A DNA stretch of 64,000 nucleotides from Candidatus Marinacidobacterales bacterium (GTDB taxonomy: Bacteria > Acidobacteriota > Vicinamibacteria > Marinacidobacterales > SMYC01). Positions 42,780 through 53,613 of the stretch are shown here, one piece after another. The first letter of the stretch is position 1; each line of letters begins with the position of its first letter. Location: contig OZ250169.1 of NCBI GenBank assembly GCA_965237955.1, forward strand, positions 4,320,001 through 4,384,000, written 5' to 3'. The notes under the pieces are model-generated. The model was not told the origin of the DNA. It worked only from the letters and a program-made list of their open reading frames with translations, and did no database searches. A program made the position numbers and the translations under genes.

Positions 42780-43295
42780 GTGACCGTCTACCCAGCCCGG
42801 ATGGACGGCTTCGTTTTCTGGATGACGACGTCCGTCCTCGTCGTGCTCGGGTTCATCGTGTTCGGGATTCTGACGGCCGCGGCGACGCGCGCCGGCGGCA
42901 CCATCCTGAACGTCGGGCTGGTGGCGGCGACGATCTTCATCGTCGGCATTGCCGTGTACGCATATGTCTACACTCCGAAGGCGTTTCACCTTGGGGAGGG
43001 CGTGCTCCGGATCGAGCGGCCCGCCGGGGACGTAACGATACCGCTCGCGTCCGTCTCTGAAGTGAAGCCACTCGACGTGTTCCTCGGCCTCTCGCTGAAA
43101 GCACCGCCCGGGGGCAACAGCGGTCTGTTCGGCATTTACGGGACGTTCTATCGTAAGGATATCGGCAAGTATCAGCTATACGGCCGCGCGGCGAATCAAA
43201 CGGTGCTCTTGGTGACGACCCATGGCACGGTCGTTGTGGCTCCGGAGCGACGCGATGAGTTCATCGCTTCCGTGCGACAGGAGATCGGCGCGTGA
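42780..43295 (+). CDS. Bacterial PH domain membrane protein
   Basis: Two TM helices, then LRIERP..IPLASV..GNSGLFGIYGTF. Confidence 0.7.
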   Translation: MTVYPARMDGFVFWMTTSVLVVLGFIVFGILTAAATRAGGTILNVGLVAATIFIVGIAVYAYVYTPKAFHLGEGVLRIERPAGDVTIPLASVSEVKPLDVFLGLSLKAPPGGNSGLFGIYGTFYRKDIGKYQLYGRAANQTVLLVTTHGTVVVAPERRDEFIASVRQEIGA

Positions 43296-45196
43296 GACGA
43301 GTGCTACTCCTAGCGGCGGCGTGCCTCGTTGGGGCGGCGAGCGCGAGCGCGCGCCCGCGCGTCGTTCTCGTTTCCTGGGATGGAGCCGGCTACGCGATGA
43401 CGTCGCGGCTCCTTGCCGAGGGACGCATGCCCAATTTAACGCGCATGCTTCGAGAGGGAGCGTGGACGGACGGGATGGTTTCCAGCTTCCCCACCAAGAC
43501 CGCCGCGGCACACGCAGTGCTGTTCACGGGCTACTACGGTCACCAGAGTGGCATCACCGGAAACTCGGTCCTCATGCTTCCGGCGTCCGAGCATGATCGT
43601 CTCGAGACCTCGAACGGCTATTTTTCGACGGCTCTTCGAGTGGATCCGGTGTGGGTGCGCGTGGCGCGAGCGGGTCTCGATGCCTACGCCGTGCACGCGA
43701 CCCAGTCGTATCCTTTCGAGACCGCGATTCGAGATCTCGATGCGGACGAACAGAGACACCTCTTTTTGATCCACGGTTATACCGAAGTCCAAGAGCGGGG
43801 CGAGACCTGGAATGAACGCACCGCGCCGCTCAAGTTTCCGTCCGGCTGGGCGATTCCAGAAGCGCACGGTGCCGAGGCGCGCGCGTTTCGTTTCACCGTC
43901 GGGGACACGAGTTTCTGGGGACTTTTCTTCGATGACCCCTTGGACCCCGCGGAGGGCGTGGATACGCTCGGTGTCGTCCGTCATCGCGATGACACCGAGT
44001 TCGAAGCTCGCGTCAACACGGGAACCGACGCTGGGTTTTCGATACCGATCGTTGCTGCGACCTCCGGTACCAACGTCTGGTTCTCGATCCGTGTTTTCGA
44101 AGTCTCGACGAATGCCGATCGGTTTCTCTTGTATCGCTCCGGCGCGGTCGAGATGGCGCTCTCGAACCCGGACACACCGAGGGCGGACCTTCTCGTCATG
44201 CAAGTCTATGCGGGCCACAGCGCGACCCGATCGTACTCGAGGAGTGATTTCGGACCGACACGGAGCGCCGGCGGTGACGGCACTGCCGAAGCTCGTTTTC
44301 ACGAAACACTCGCGCATCTTCAAGAACAAATCATTCGCCAGGCGTCGGTCGCGCTCGACCAAGACTACTCGATCGTTGTGCTCTATAGTCCCGTCACCGA
44401 CGACTTGGCCCACGAGCTGACCGGCCTCGTAGACCCGACCCTCGCCGGCTTTGACCAAGAGCGCGCGGCAGCTCACTGGGAAGATATTGCCAAGGGATTC
44501 GAGCTGCAGGATCGCTATCTGGGCGCTATTCTCGAGGCGGCGGAGCGCGATTCCGCCCACGTGATCGTCGTGAGCGACCACGGGATGGCGGGAACCGATC
44601 GCCTCGTTCATCTCAACGTTGTCCTCGAGCAAGCCGGGCTACTCTCGCTCAACCCCGACCGTTCGATCGATCTTACGGCAACGCGGGCGCTCGCCCTGCC
44701 ACTCGCCGACGCGTCGATCGCGGTCAACACCACCGACCGCGCGGGAGGCATCGTAGTGCCCGAGGAACGCGACGACGTTCTTCGACTCGCTCGCGAAGCT
44801 TTGAGCGCGTTAACGGACCCTGAGACGGGGGAGAGCGTGATCACGGCGTTTTTCGAGCCAGCGTGGAATGGCTTGCTCCAGCCGGGAGGTGCGTCGACAG
44901 GAGATCTCTTCCTCGAGTTTGCGCCTGGCTACTACCCGACGGAGTGGACGGATGGGAAAGAGGTGATAGAGCGAACCGAGCCACGCGGGAACCACATCTT
45001 TGTCCCCACGCGCCGGGAGATGTTGTCGATTTGCGCCGCGTGGGGACCGCGGGTTCGAGCGGGCATCAACTGGGGCAAGGTGCGCTCGATCGATATCGTC
45101 CCCACGGTGCTCGAGCTTCTCGAGCTCGAAATCCCAGCCGACCTGCCTGGCCGAAGCCTCGTTCCCGCCCGAACGCTGCTCGATACGGCCCGCTGA
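43292..45196 (+). CDS. Alkaline phosphatase superfamily / nucleotide pyrophosphatase-phosphodiesterase
   Basis: Signal peptide, VSWDGAG, PTKTAAAH, DDLAH, VSDHG, DIVPT. Confidence 0.88.
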   Translation: MRRVLLLAAACLVGAASASARPRVVLVSWDGAGYAMTSRLLAEGRMPNLTRMLREGAWTDGMVSSFPTKTAAAHAVLFTGYYGHQSGITGNSVLMLPASEHDRLETSNGYFSTALRVDPVWVRVARAGLDAYAVHATQSYPFETAIRDLDADEQRHLFLIHGYTEVQERGETWNERTAPLKFPSGWAIPEAHGAEARAFRFTVGDTSFWGLFFDDPLDPAEGVDTLGVVRHRDDTEFEARVNTGTDAGFSIPIVAATSGTNVWFSIRVFEVSTNADRFLLYRSGAVEMALSNPDTPRADLLVMQVYAGHSATRSYSRSDFGPTRSAGGDGTAEARFHETLAHLQEQIIRQASVALDQDYSIVVLYSPVTDDLAHELTGLVDPTLAGFDQERAAAHWEDIAKGFELQDRYLGAILEAAERDSAHVIVVSDHGMAGTDRLVHLNVVLEQAGLLSLNPDRSIDLTATRALALPLADASIAVNTTDRAGGIVVPEERDDVLRLAREALSALTDPETGESVITAFFEPAWNGLLQPGGASTGDLFLEFAPGYYPTEWTDGKEVIERTEPRGNHIFVPTRREMLSICAAWGPRVRAGINWGKVRSIDIVPTVLELLELEIPADLPGRSLVPARTLLDTAR

Positions 45197-45720
45197 TTTC
45201 GCGGCCCCAAGGGGAGCTTGGCGATATCTAAATGACCAACAAACCCGAACCCATCCGAACGGCGCGGCTCGATCTCGTCGCGGGCCGCTGACTGCGTTGC
45301 CGCATTGTGGCAGTTCGGTGTAGCCCGCTCGACAGGCTCGCTGCGGAAGCCGGCTCGAAATATCTAGAGATGACTTCGTCGGAGCGCCTTAGCAGCACCA
45401 AAAATAGCCTCGAACGCACGCGCTCACACGTGTGCAGAGACGAGTCACGTGCTCCCTGGGCCCGAACCCGCTTTTCCTGTCGGGCGAATCCCAGCGTTGG
45501 ACATAGGGGGCGAGTGTAGTGACGTCCCAGAACATGCAGCCGCGCATTCCGTTGGTCGTCCCAGCCCTGGTGGTTGCAGCCGTCTGAACAGAGTCCGCGT
45601 GGTCCAACTGCTCCGAAATCAAACATCCGCGTCTTCGCCCTCGTATGGTGTCAACGCCGGCCGAAAACTGCGCATTCATGGCGGATGAAAATTACACACC
45701 CGAGCCATGGGTGGCGAACC

Positions 45721-46560
45721 CTATGACGCCGTCGCCTCCGTGTATTTCCTATGAGATTTAGCCGGCGGGTGAGGTTCGTCCGAACCCGCCGGATGGAGCG
45801 CTCGCCACAGTTCGGAGTGCTCTCTCATGCGGTAACTGTTTCCTCGGATGTTGACGAGGTGGCAGTGGTGCAGAATGCGGTCGATGAGAGCGGCGGCCAT
45901 GACTTCGTCGCCAAGGATCTCGCCCCATTCCTCGAAACTTTTGTTAGAGGTGAGCACGGTCGAAGCGCGCTCGTATCGCCTACTTATGAGCTGGAAAAAA
46001 AGCACCGCGCCGGTCTGGGTGACGGGTAGGTATCCGATTTCATCGACAACAAGCAGTGACGGATAACTGAGAACCGCGAGTCGACGAGTGAGGCGGCCCG
46101 CGTCACGAGCCTCTTCGAGGGAGGTGATGAGCTCAGCCAGGGTGCCGTAATAGACGCGCCGTCCATTCTGGGCAGCGGCGATGGCAAGACTAATCGCGAG
46201 ATGAGTTTTGCCCACACCAGGAGGTCCCAATAAGACGACGTTCTCCTTACGTTCAACGAACCCGAGCTCGTGAAGGTTCTCAATCTGCTCGCGTTTGATC
46301 GATGGCTGGAACGAAAAATCGAACTCATCGATTGTTTTGACCGCGGGGAGTCGTGAGGAGCGCATCGCCGCTTGGAGACGACGGTTGTTTCTCAACGTGA
46401 TCTGCGCTCCAAGAAGGTTCTCGATGGCCTCCGCCGTTGTGACCGCACCGCCATCGGCATCAGATAGTACGCGGTCGACAGCTTCGAGCGCGCCAGGCAT
46501 CTTTAGGTCGGCCAGCATCGTACGGATCTGCTCACGTCGCGATATTGTGCTCGCCTTCAT
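45721..46560 (-). CDS. istB: IS21 helper ATPase IstB
   Basis: [38 protein letters not shown]. Confidence 0.96.
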   Translation of the reverse strand: MKASTISRREQIRTMLADLKMPGALEAVDRVLSDADGGAVTTAEAIENLLGAQITLRNNRRLQAAMRSSRLPAVKTIDEFDFSFQPSIKREQIENLHELGFVERKENVVLLGPPGVGKTHLAISLAIAAAQNGRRVYYGTLAELITSLEEARDAGRLTRRLAVLSYPSLLVVDEIGYLPVTQTGAVLFFQLISRRYERASTVLTSNKSFEEWGEILGDEVMAAALIDRILHHCHLVNIRGNSYRMREHSELWRALHPAGSDEPHPPAKSHRKYTEATAS

Positions 46561-47600
46561 TGTCCACCTCCAACGAGCCGCGTGTAGACTTCGAGGGGAC
46601 GATGCTCGACATCCATCGAAGGCAGTGTGGTTAAGCAGGCTTTTGGAGTTCTTCTCGCGGGTTGGTTTGGCAGTACAAGAGAGCGATATGGCCGCTCAAC
46701 GAGCGGTCTCAGAGTGGCCCTTTCACCGCGCGCGAATCGTTCTATCGGTCGTTCGTTGGTTGTGCGATGGAGTCGGACGTTGGCGACGTCACTCAGCCAA
46801 CGCTCGAGCTGAGCATCGAGGTCGTCATCGTTGATAAAGTGGCGACCGTAGAAGAAGCTTCCTCTCACATAGCGGATTGGCCTTTCCACTTTGCCCTTGG
46901 TCTTCGCCCGATACGGGCGACACGCTCTTGTTCGAAACTCCCAGTGGTGGGCGAAGCGGACGAACTCTGGGTTCTCAACGAGAGGGCCACCTTCCCGGCG
47001 GTGATCCTCGACGATGACCGAACGCATCTGGTCAAAAAGGAGCTCTTTGGGAACTCCTCCAAAAAATAGGAAGGCCTGCTCAAGCCCCGCGAACAACGTC
47101 CGCATGTCCTGTCGCTTGAAAAACCGAAGCCATAGCAGCCTCGAGTATCCGAGCACCACGAGAAGTGCCCACCGACGACCCCATGGCAAACGAAAGTGTG
47201 CAAAATCGACCTGAGCTTGGTGGCCTGGTGGGGTCTCGAAACGCACCAGCGGCTCCGCCGGTGGCTGTGGGCGAATCTGCCGCACGTACTCCTTGACCTG
47301 CGTGTAGCCGCCTTCATAGCCCGCGGCACGGATCTCATCATGCAGGCGTACTGAACTCAGCTCCGGGAACTCGTGCAGGCGCGAATGAAGGATCTCCCGG
47401 TACGGGTCGATCCTGCGCTCGATCCGCGGACGCTTCTTGTAGCGCACCGTTTCCTCGTCCAACTCTCGGTCCAGTTGACCCGTCTTTATCCAGTGGTGGA
47501 CCGTTCGGCGGCTGATTCCTAGCTTGTCTGCTAGCGCCGCCTTCTTGATTCCCTGCTCCAAATACTCTCGTAGTAACACTCGTTTCTCCCTTCCGTACAT
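46557..47600 (-). CDS. istA: IS21 transposase IstA
   Basis: RFETPPGHQAQVDF, LGYSR, FGGVP..DQMR, TKGKVER. Confidence 0.95.
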   Translation of the reverse strand: MYGREKRVLLREYLEQGIKKAALADKLGISRRTVHHWIKTGQLDRELDEETVRYKKRPRIERRIDPYREILHSRLHEFPELSSVRLHDEIRAAGYEGGYTQVKEYVRQIRPQPPAEPLVRFETPPGHQAQVDFAHFRLPWGRRWALLVVLGYSRLLWLRFFKRQDMRTLFAGLEQAFLFFGGVPKELLFDQMRSVIVEDHRREGGPLVENPEFVRFAHHWEFRTRACRPYRAKTKGKVERPIRYVRGSFFYGRHFINDDDLDAQLERWLSDVANVRLHRTTNERPIERFARGERATLRPLVERPYRSLVLPNQPARRTPKACLTTLPSMDVEHRPLEVYTRLVGGGQ

Positions 47601-48185
47601 CGGCGCCTCCACTCCGGAAACGCCATTCTGATTGAAGGCGCGCCGTCATGTCTGGCACTCCAGACACACGACAACGGCCTCCTTTTACGGATGGCCGAGT
47701 GTGCAATTTACGCCCGCCGCTAACATATGGGACAGTCGAGTTTGTTCGGGGGATCGTCGTTAGGTGTTCGGATTCGGACACTTTCGGGGTAAGACGGTGT
47801 GAGAGAACTAGTGTTAAGTATTGTGATTGAAAGAGTTGGCTCGAGCACAGCCTTTGGCGTCAAACTTGCTTTTATGAAGGTTGTTCGGGGAGCCTATTAA
47901 TATGGATGTGAAACGGGAAGGCGTCGTCGAAGCGCGCCAGCGCAAACAGCGATCCTGTATGCGGTCGGTGCTGTCCTGTTTCTGATCCATCCTCGCACGG
48001 GTCCTGCAGCTCGAGCCGGCGGCTCCATCGGTCGATCGGTCGCAGGTGTGGATGGACACGGTCGCTCGGGGGCTGATGCGCCGTCAAGTGCGCGGCCCGG
48101 GCACCCTCGTTCCTGTAGAAATCCGCTGGCTCGCCGCGAGCACGGAAGGGCGAGTCGATCGCATCCTCGTGCTTCCGGGATCAAA

Positions 48186-48236
48186 CATGGCAACCGCATC
48201 GTCAGGCTGAAGGACGGGTGGGTCGAGAGAAATTGA
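48186..48236 (+). pseudogene. C-terminal stub of a MacB/LolD-type ABC ATPase (HGNRIVRLKDGWVERN*)
   Basis: Typical terminal RIVRLKDG motif directly before a sigma54 regulator; rest of the gene absent. Confidence 0.5.
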
Positions 48237-48237
48237 C

Positions 48238-49606
48238 GTGAACGTGAGCCGCGCGAGTCCAAGGGTCCTCGTCGCCGACGACCAGCCCGACGTGCGCGAA
48301 GCGTTGCGGCTCTTGCTGAAAGCAGAAGGCTACAGCACCGAAGCGGTCGACAATCCGAACGCCATCGTCAAAGCGGTCGAAGGCCAGGATTTCGATTTGC
48401 TGCTGATGGACTTGAACTACACGCGCGACACGACTTCGGGTCGTGAGGGCCTCGACTTGCTCGAGCGATTGCAGAACGTCGATGACACGCTTCCGGTCGT
48501 GGTCATGACCGCTTGGGGAAGCGTCGAGCTGACGGTCGAGGCGATGCGTTCCGGCGCGCGCGACTTCGTGCAAAAGCCGTGGGACAACGCGCGTCTTCTC
48601 AGCATTCTGCGGACTCAGATCGAGCTCGGCCAAGCGCTTCGTCGCGGAGATCGACTCCAGCGCGAGAACGAGCTCCTCCAGCAAGACTCGCCGAAGCTCG
48701 TTGCCGATTCCGCTGCGATGAAGCCGGTGTTGGAGCTCATCGAGCGAGTCGGTCCGTCGGATGCGAACGTACTCATCACCGGTGAGAACGGCACCGGCAA
48801 GGGGGTCGTCGCCCGGCAGTTGCATGCCTCGTCTCGGCGCGCGTCGAGAGCGATGATCCAGGTCAACGTCGGCGGTCTGTCCGAAGGAGTGTTCGAGAGC
48901 GAGCTCTTCGGGCACATGAAAGGCGCTTACACCGACGCCAAGGCCGACCGTGTCGGCCGTTTCGAGCTCGCCGACGGGGGAACGTTGTTTCTGGACGAGA
49001 TTGCGAACGTGCCCCATTCTCAGAAGAGGAAGCTCCTGCGCGTTCTCGAAACCGGGGACTTCGAGCGCGTCGGCTCGTCGAAGACGAAACGTGCCGACGT
49101 GCGGATCCTATCGGCCACCCATTCGAACCTCGGTCAAGACGTGGGCGAGGGACGCTTTCGCCAGGATCTGCTATTTCGGCTCAATACGATCGAGATCCAT
49201 TTGCCGCCGCTTCGCGATCGACGCTCGGACATCAAGCCTCGCGCGACGACGTTTCTCGATCACCACGCGCGGCACTACCGCAAGAATATCGGAAGCTTCG
49301 ACGACAAAGCGCTCTCGGCACTCGAGGATTTTCCCTGGCCCGGCAACATCAGAGAGCTCGACCACGCGATCGAGCGGGCCGTGTTGATGGCGCAAGGGAC
49401 GAACTATCAAGGTCTCGGACCTGGGCCTGCGAGCCGTTTCGGAGGACGATGTTGGTACGCTCGAGGACATGAGCCTCGATGAAGTGGAGCGCCTGCTGAT
49501 CCAAAAGGCGTTGGCTCGATACAATGGAAACGTCAGCCACGCGGCCAAAGCACTCGGCTTGAGCCGCAGTGCTTTGTATCGCCGCATTGAGCGATATCGG
49601 CTGTAG
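48238..49606 (+). pseudogene. Sigma54-dependent NtrC-family response regulator, frameshift near 49405 before the Fis HTH
   Basis: REC (LLMDLN), GENGTGK, ESELFGH.KGAYTDA, FRQDLLFRL, WPGNIREL; GNVSHAAKALGLSRSALYRR in another frame. Confidence 0.88.
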
Positions 49607-49633
49607 CGTGCTGGGCCGGCTCCCGGCCGCCGG

Positions 49634-50047
49634 TTGTCCCACGACGTTCACATCCTCCTCCTGACGCTCACACTGTTCATCGTTGGTGGCTGGCACGGGT
49701 TCTCGTGCGTGGTCCGGGAGCGCGTGGTCACCCCGCTGCAAACGCTATCGAATCTACTCGCGGCCCTGAGAGAAGGGGACTACTCGATCCGGGCGCGGGG
49801 TGCGAGCACGAAAGAACCTCTCGGCCAAGTCATGCTCGAAGCCAACGTGCTCGGGGAAACGCTCCACGATCAAAGACTCGGGGCGCTCGAAGCGACGAAC
49901 CTTGTCCGTACGGTGATCAGTGGTAGTGGCATCGGCCGCGTCCTCAGTCCCCAAATCGCGGAGGCGCATGGCGGGACGTTGGAGTTGGAGACTCGAAACG
50001 ACCGGCCTGGCTGCATGGCGCGACTAGAGCTTCCAATCCGCACCTGA
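49634..50047 (+). pseudogene. Sensor histidine kinase with large internal deletion
   Basis: TM/HAMP start (PLQTLSNLLAALREGDYSIR) joined directly to the G2 box GSGIG..QIAEAHGG; HisKA missing. Confidence 0.8.
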
Positions 50048-50063
50048 TAGAATTCGCGGCACG

Positions 50064-50428
50064 ATGACGCGCATCCTTTTGCCCACCGACCTTTCCGAGT
50101 CCGCCGATCATGCGATGCGGCAAGCTGTCGAGCTTGCCGTGCAACTGCAGGCGCGGCTCGATGTGTTCCACGTTGTCACGCTGCACGCGGCAGACCCTGG
50201 CAAGCTGAAAGACTCCCTCGAAGAAAAACGCTCTACGACGGGCCGGGCGAGCTCGTCGTCACCGAGGGCGAAGCGGCCCAGGAGATTCTCGACGCGGCCG
50301 CAAGCCGCAAGGTACAGATGATCGTCATGGGAACGCGCGGGCTCAGCGGTCTCGATCACGTGCTCTTGGGAAGCGTGACCGAGAGAGTGATTCGAAAGGC
50401 CAAAGTTCCCGTTCTTGCAGTGAAATAG
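50064..50428 (+). pseudogene. Universal stress protein, internally deleted and frameshifted
   Basis: MTRILLPTDLSESA start; MGTRGLSGLDHVLLGSVTERVIR end in another frame. Confidence 0.8.
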
Positions 50429-50464
50429 CGTCGTCTGACTCACCTGTGGGGGTGTGCTCCGACT

Positions 50465-50480
50465 TGGTACGGAGCCTGCA
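50465..50480 (+). promoter_or_regulatory. Sigma54 (-24/-12) promoter
   Basis: TGGTACGGAGCCTGCA = GG-N10-GC, 26 nt upstream of the intact USP gene. Confidence 0.6.
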
Positions 50481-50506
50481 CTGTTTCTTATCGGAGAACA
50501 AAGGCG

Positions 50507-51418
50507 ATGATCCGATTCAAGCGTATCCTCTGCCCCACGGATTTTTCGAAGTTTTCGTTTCGTGCTGCTGACTACGCGGTCGCGTTAGCGAAGCACTACG
50601 ATGGCGAGGTGCACTTTGTTCATGTCGTGCCCGAAGTGCTGCTCCATCCGGACCAATATCCCTATCTGGTCGAGCCGGTGCGCACCGAACCCGAAGTACG
50701 ACAACGCGCTCATGATCGCCTCGATGCTTTTGTCGCGCTGACCCGTGCGGAGCAGATCCGATCGCGCTTCAGCGTGAAAGAAGGCGCGCCGGTGACGACG
50801 ATTATGAGCTCGGCAGAGGACGCCGACGCCGATCTCATCTGTCTTGGAACGCATGGCCGAGAGGGCTTCGAGCGGTTGGTGCTCGGTTCGGTCGCCGAAA
50901 AAGTCCTCCGCAAAGCCGCGTGCCCGGTACTGACGATCTCCGAACCGGGCGAGGAAGGTGTGATTCAGCCTGCGGTTTTCCGGAGCATCCTTTGCGCCGT
51001 CGACTTTGCGCGACCGTCGCTGCGCTCGCTCGACTACGCTCTGTCGCTCGCCCAGGAAGCCGGCGGTAAGCTTCTTCTCCTCAACGTGGTGGAATGGTTT
51101 TCCGAAGAGCCCGGGTGGGAGACTCAATTCAACGTCGACGCGTACCGCACCGAGATGGAGAACAACGTCCGCAAACGCCTGGACGAGGTCGTTCCCAAGG
51201 AGGCTCGCGATTGGTGCGACAACGAGACGGTTGTCAAGTCGGGCAAACCCTACCGAGAGATCCTCCGGCTCGCGCACGAGCGGAGCGTCGACCTCGTGGT
51301 CATGGGTGTGCGCGGGCGCAATCCGCTGGATATGATGCTCTTCGGTTCGACGACCACACACGTCGTACGACATGCGGAGTGCCCCGTCCTTACGATCGCG
51401 GGAGGTGAGCGCCAATGA
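50507..51418 (+). CDS. Tandem-domain universal stress protein (intact)
   Basis: ILCPTDFS..LGTHGREG..LGSVAEKV; ILCAVDF..MGVRGR..FGSTT. Confidence 0.95.
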   Translation: MIRFKRILCPTDFSKFSFRAADYAVALAKHYDGEVHFVHVVPEVLLHPDQYPYLVEPVRTEPEVRQRAHDRLDAFVALTRAEQIRSRFSVKEGAPVTTIMSSAEDADADLICLGTHGREGFERLVLGSVAEKVLRKAACPVLTISEPGEEGVIQPAVFRSILCAVDFARPSLRSLDYALSLAQEAGGKLLLLNVVEWFSEEPGWETQFNVDAYRTEMENNVRKRLDEVVPKEARDWCDNETVVKSGKPYREILRLAHERSVDLVVMGVRGRNPLDMMLFGSTTTHVVRHAECPVLTIAGGERQ

Positions 51419-51847
51419 CAGAGTTCGCAAAAATTCTATGCCCGGTCGACTTCTCCGACAATTCCCAGTTGGCCGCGGAGGAGTAACGCATTGTTCGAAC
51501 GTATCCTTGTTCCCGCCGACCTCACCGAAAGGAACCGTGAAGCCGTCGCGATGGCGAGTCGCGTGGTGGCGCCGAACGGAAGCATTTGCCTGCTGCACGT
51601 GATCCAGACGATTCCGGGTGTAGGCGTGGACGAAGAAAAAGAATTCTACGAGAGGCTGGAGCAAAAGGCATCGACGTTTCTCGGGGAGCAGGGCAATGAG
51701 CTCGTGGTCTCTTCAAAGCTGGCGGAGCCGAAGCCGCGGCAACGCCAACCCCGTAACCGCAGGTGCGGCCAATACGAAAGCGAGCGCGAAACCTCGATGT
51801 GCGGTTGGACCTTCATCCTTGCGAGCCTTTCCTGCAACCGCGATTAA
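51415..51847 (+). pseudogene. Two truncated USP stubs (51415-51486 and 51491 to about 51720)
   Basis: [18 protein letters not shown] and MFERILVPADLTERN..LLHVI, both lacking the C-terminal GxxG/GSV motif. Confidence 0.7.
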
Positions 51848-53124
51848 AGCGCGTGACAATACAACCGGTAGACGTGCACTTGCTTGGATACGAACGCCCC
51901 CGAGATCCCGGCCAGGAAGACTCGCTTGGCACGAAAGACTCGCTCACCCACCAACCGCACCATCTCCGACCGATTGGCCATCATCCGTTCGTACCACGCC
52001 GCCGTCGTCTTGGCATAGTGCGCTGAGAGGTTGACGGCGCGTTGTACTTCGAACCCGTTCCGCTCGAGGGCGCGCACATGGGTGCCGAAGGTGAACCAAT
52101 GAAAGCCCGGCCACATGTATCGTTTGTTGAACGCGAGGCCAACCTGGAGATCGTGAGGGGTCGAGTCATGCGCGATCATGATGGCGTGATGAACGTATCT
52201 TCCACCACTTCGCATAAGGGTGCGGACCCTTCGTATATAGGGCACTAAGCCGCGTGGCCCGACGTGACTCACCATCCCCACCGAGCTGACGTGATCGAAG
52301 ACGCGAGACTCCTCACGATAATCTCCTTCGTGAAGCTCCCACCTGCCACGATCGTAACCTTCGAGTGAGGCCGTGCCCAACTTCGCCTGGTTCGAGGAGT
52401 GTGTCCAGCCGACCACCTTTCCGAACGGAGCCGTGTCCAGAGCGACCCTCAGCTGACCGCCATACCCGCAGCCGACGTCGAGGTAGGTTTCGCCTGCCGC
52501 GGGGGCGATGAAATCGACGACGACGTGGAACTTCCGCCATTGGGCCTTCTCGAGAGAATCGAAAGCGTCGTCCCTTCCGGTCCCCACGCGCAGGAGCTCG
52601 TCCCGTCCGAGGATCTCCGGATTCTCGAACATGGCGCAGGAATAGGACCGGTAGCTCTCGTCCAGGTAGAGATCGAGGGCCTCTTGAGGGATGTCGTAGT
52701 GGCTCTGGACATTCAACCGCGCCCGGACCTGGTTCTGGAACGCATTGTTTTTCAACATCGTCCAGAGACCGTGGAGGAATTTCATGGGAAATATTCCCGT
52801 TTGTGCAATATCAGACAGGATATAGAGATTCCCGTCGAGGTCCACTTCTCCTTTCAGGAAGCACTCGAGGAAACGGAACGCGTCGAGAGCCAAAAGCTTC
52901 CCGCCGGCGCGATCGCTCTTGATGGTGATTGTGAGCGGCTCGCCGCACCAATGCTGATGCTCGCCTCCGATTGCATACGTGGCGCCCGTCCAGTCGTAGA
53001 TCAGAATCGCCCACGGAAACTTCGAGAACCGGGTCTCGAGCATCTCACGAAGTCTCTCCGCACGGTCGCGTCGATGAAACGTCCAAGTCGGAAACCGCGG
53101 CACTCTCTGGGATTCTTCCGTCAT
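51844..53124 (-). CDS. Cyclopropane-fatty-acyl-phospholipid synthase family methyltransferase
   Basis: NVQSHYDI, YSCAMF, LEKAQ.RK, LDVGCGYGG, SVGMVSHVG, HYAKT. Confidence 0.9.
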   Translation of the reverse strand: MTEESQRVPRFPTWTFHRRDRAERLREMLETRFSKFPWAILIYDWTGATYAIGGEHQHWCGEPLTITIKSDRAGGKLLALDAFRFLECFLKGEVDLDGNLYILSDIAQTGIFPMKFLHGLWTMLKNNAFQNQVRARLNVQSHYDIPQEALDLYLDESYRSYSCAMFENPEILGRDELLRVGTGRDDAFDSLEKAQWRKFHVVVDFIAPAAGETYLDVGCGYGGQLRVALDTAPFGKVVGWTHSSNQAKLGTASLEGYDRGRWELHEGDYREESRVFDHVSSVGMVSHVGPRGLVPYIRRVRTLMRSGGRYVHHAIMIAHDSTPHDLQVGLAFNKRYMWPGFHWFTFGTHVRALERNGFEVQRAVNLSAHYAKTTAAWYERMMANRSEMVRLVGERVFRAKRVFLAGISGAFVSKQVHVYRLYCHAL

Positions 53125-53207
53125 GTTCCACCTCCTCTCGATTGGCCGGATCAGGACTCTCCTTTTTCCAGTTGGAGGTCCGACGCCACCTATCGCGCGA
53201 GAATAGG

Positions 53208-53451
53208 GGCCAACAACTGCTGCTAGATATCTGTTTCTATTTACTTATATCTGTTCAGTTTGATCAGATTTCTGATTTCTTGACATACTCCTAACATTTT
53301 ACTTATGCTGCTGATCCCGTGAAAGCGCTGCACTGCACACGCCCAACGACGCTCAGCCACAAGATACAGCTCGATCCTACACCGCAACAGGAAGTCTACC
53401 TCTATGAAGCAGGAACTTGGGCCTGATCAGATTTGAGGTTTCGGAGAGCGG
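53208..53451 (+). mobile_element. About 240-bp IS607/TnpB-derived miniature element (boundaries approximate)
   Basis: TnpB-like N-terminal peptide TLSHKIQLDPTPQQEVYL (53349-53402) joined to ATGAAGCAGGAA...GGAGAGCGG; TGATCAGATTT repeated at 53261 and 53424; AT-rich. Confidence 0.6.
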
Positions 53452-53613
53452 GACCCCTAGTTGAAGAATCCAAATGCCCTAGGACTTTGCCCGCCCGCCG
53501 CAGACGTTCTCTGGCTGGCACATGGCGCGTCGAAACGCCCGCCTCGTCGACGAAATGACACAGCCGTGGCCCGCCAACGTACGACAACGGACGGTCAAGG
53601 CCAGCGAGCATAG

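Larger units (their letters stand above)
45649..47725 (-). mobile_element. IS21 family element
   Basis: TGTCAACG...CGCTAACA ends; 5-bp TSD TATGG (45644-45648, 47726-47730); istA-istB pair. Confidence 0.95.

Noticed and set aside
41495-43060. Long alternative ORFs (e.g. 41495..43060 +, 36558..37922 +, 38309..39562 +, 8338..9576 -, 26900..28132 +)
   Set aside because: Antisense shadows of well-supported genes, expected in high-GC DNA; no motifs.
45300-47900. A gene interrupted by IS21
   Set aside because: Rejoining the flanks at TATGG gave no convincing ORF or recognisable protein.
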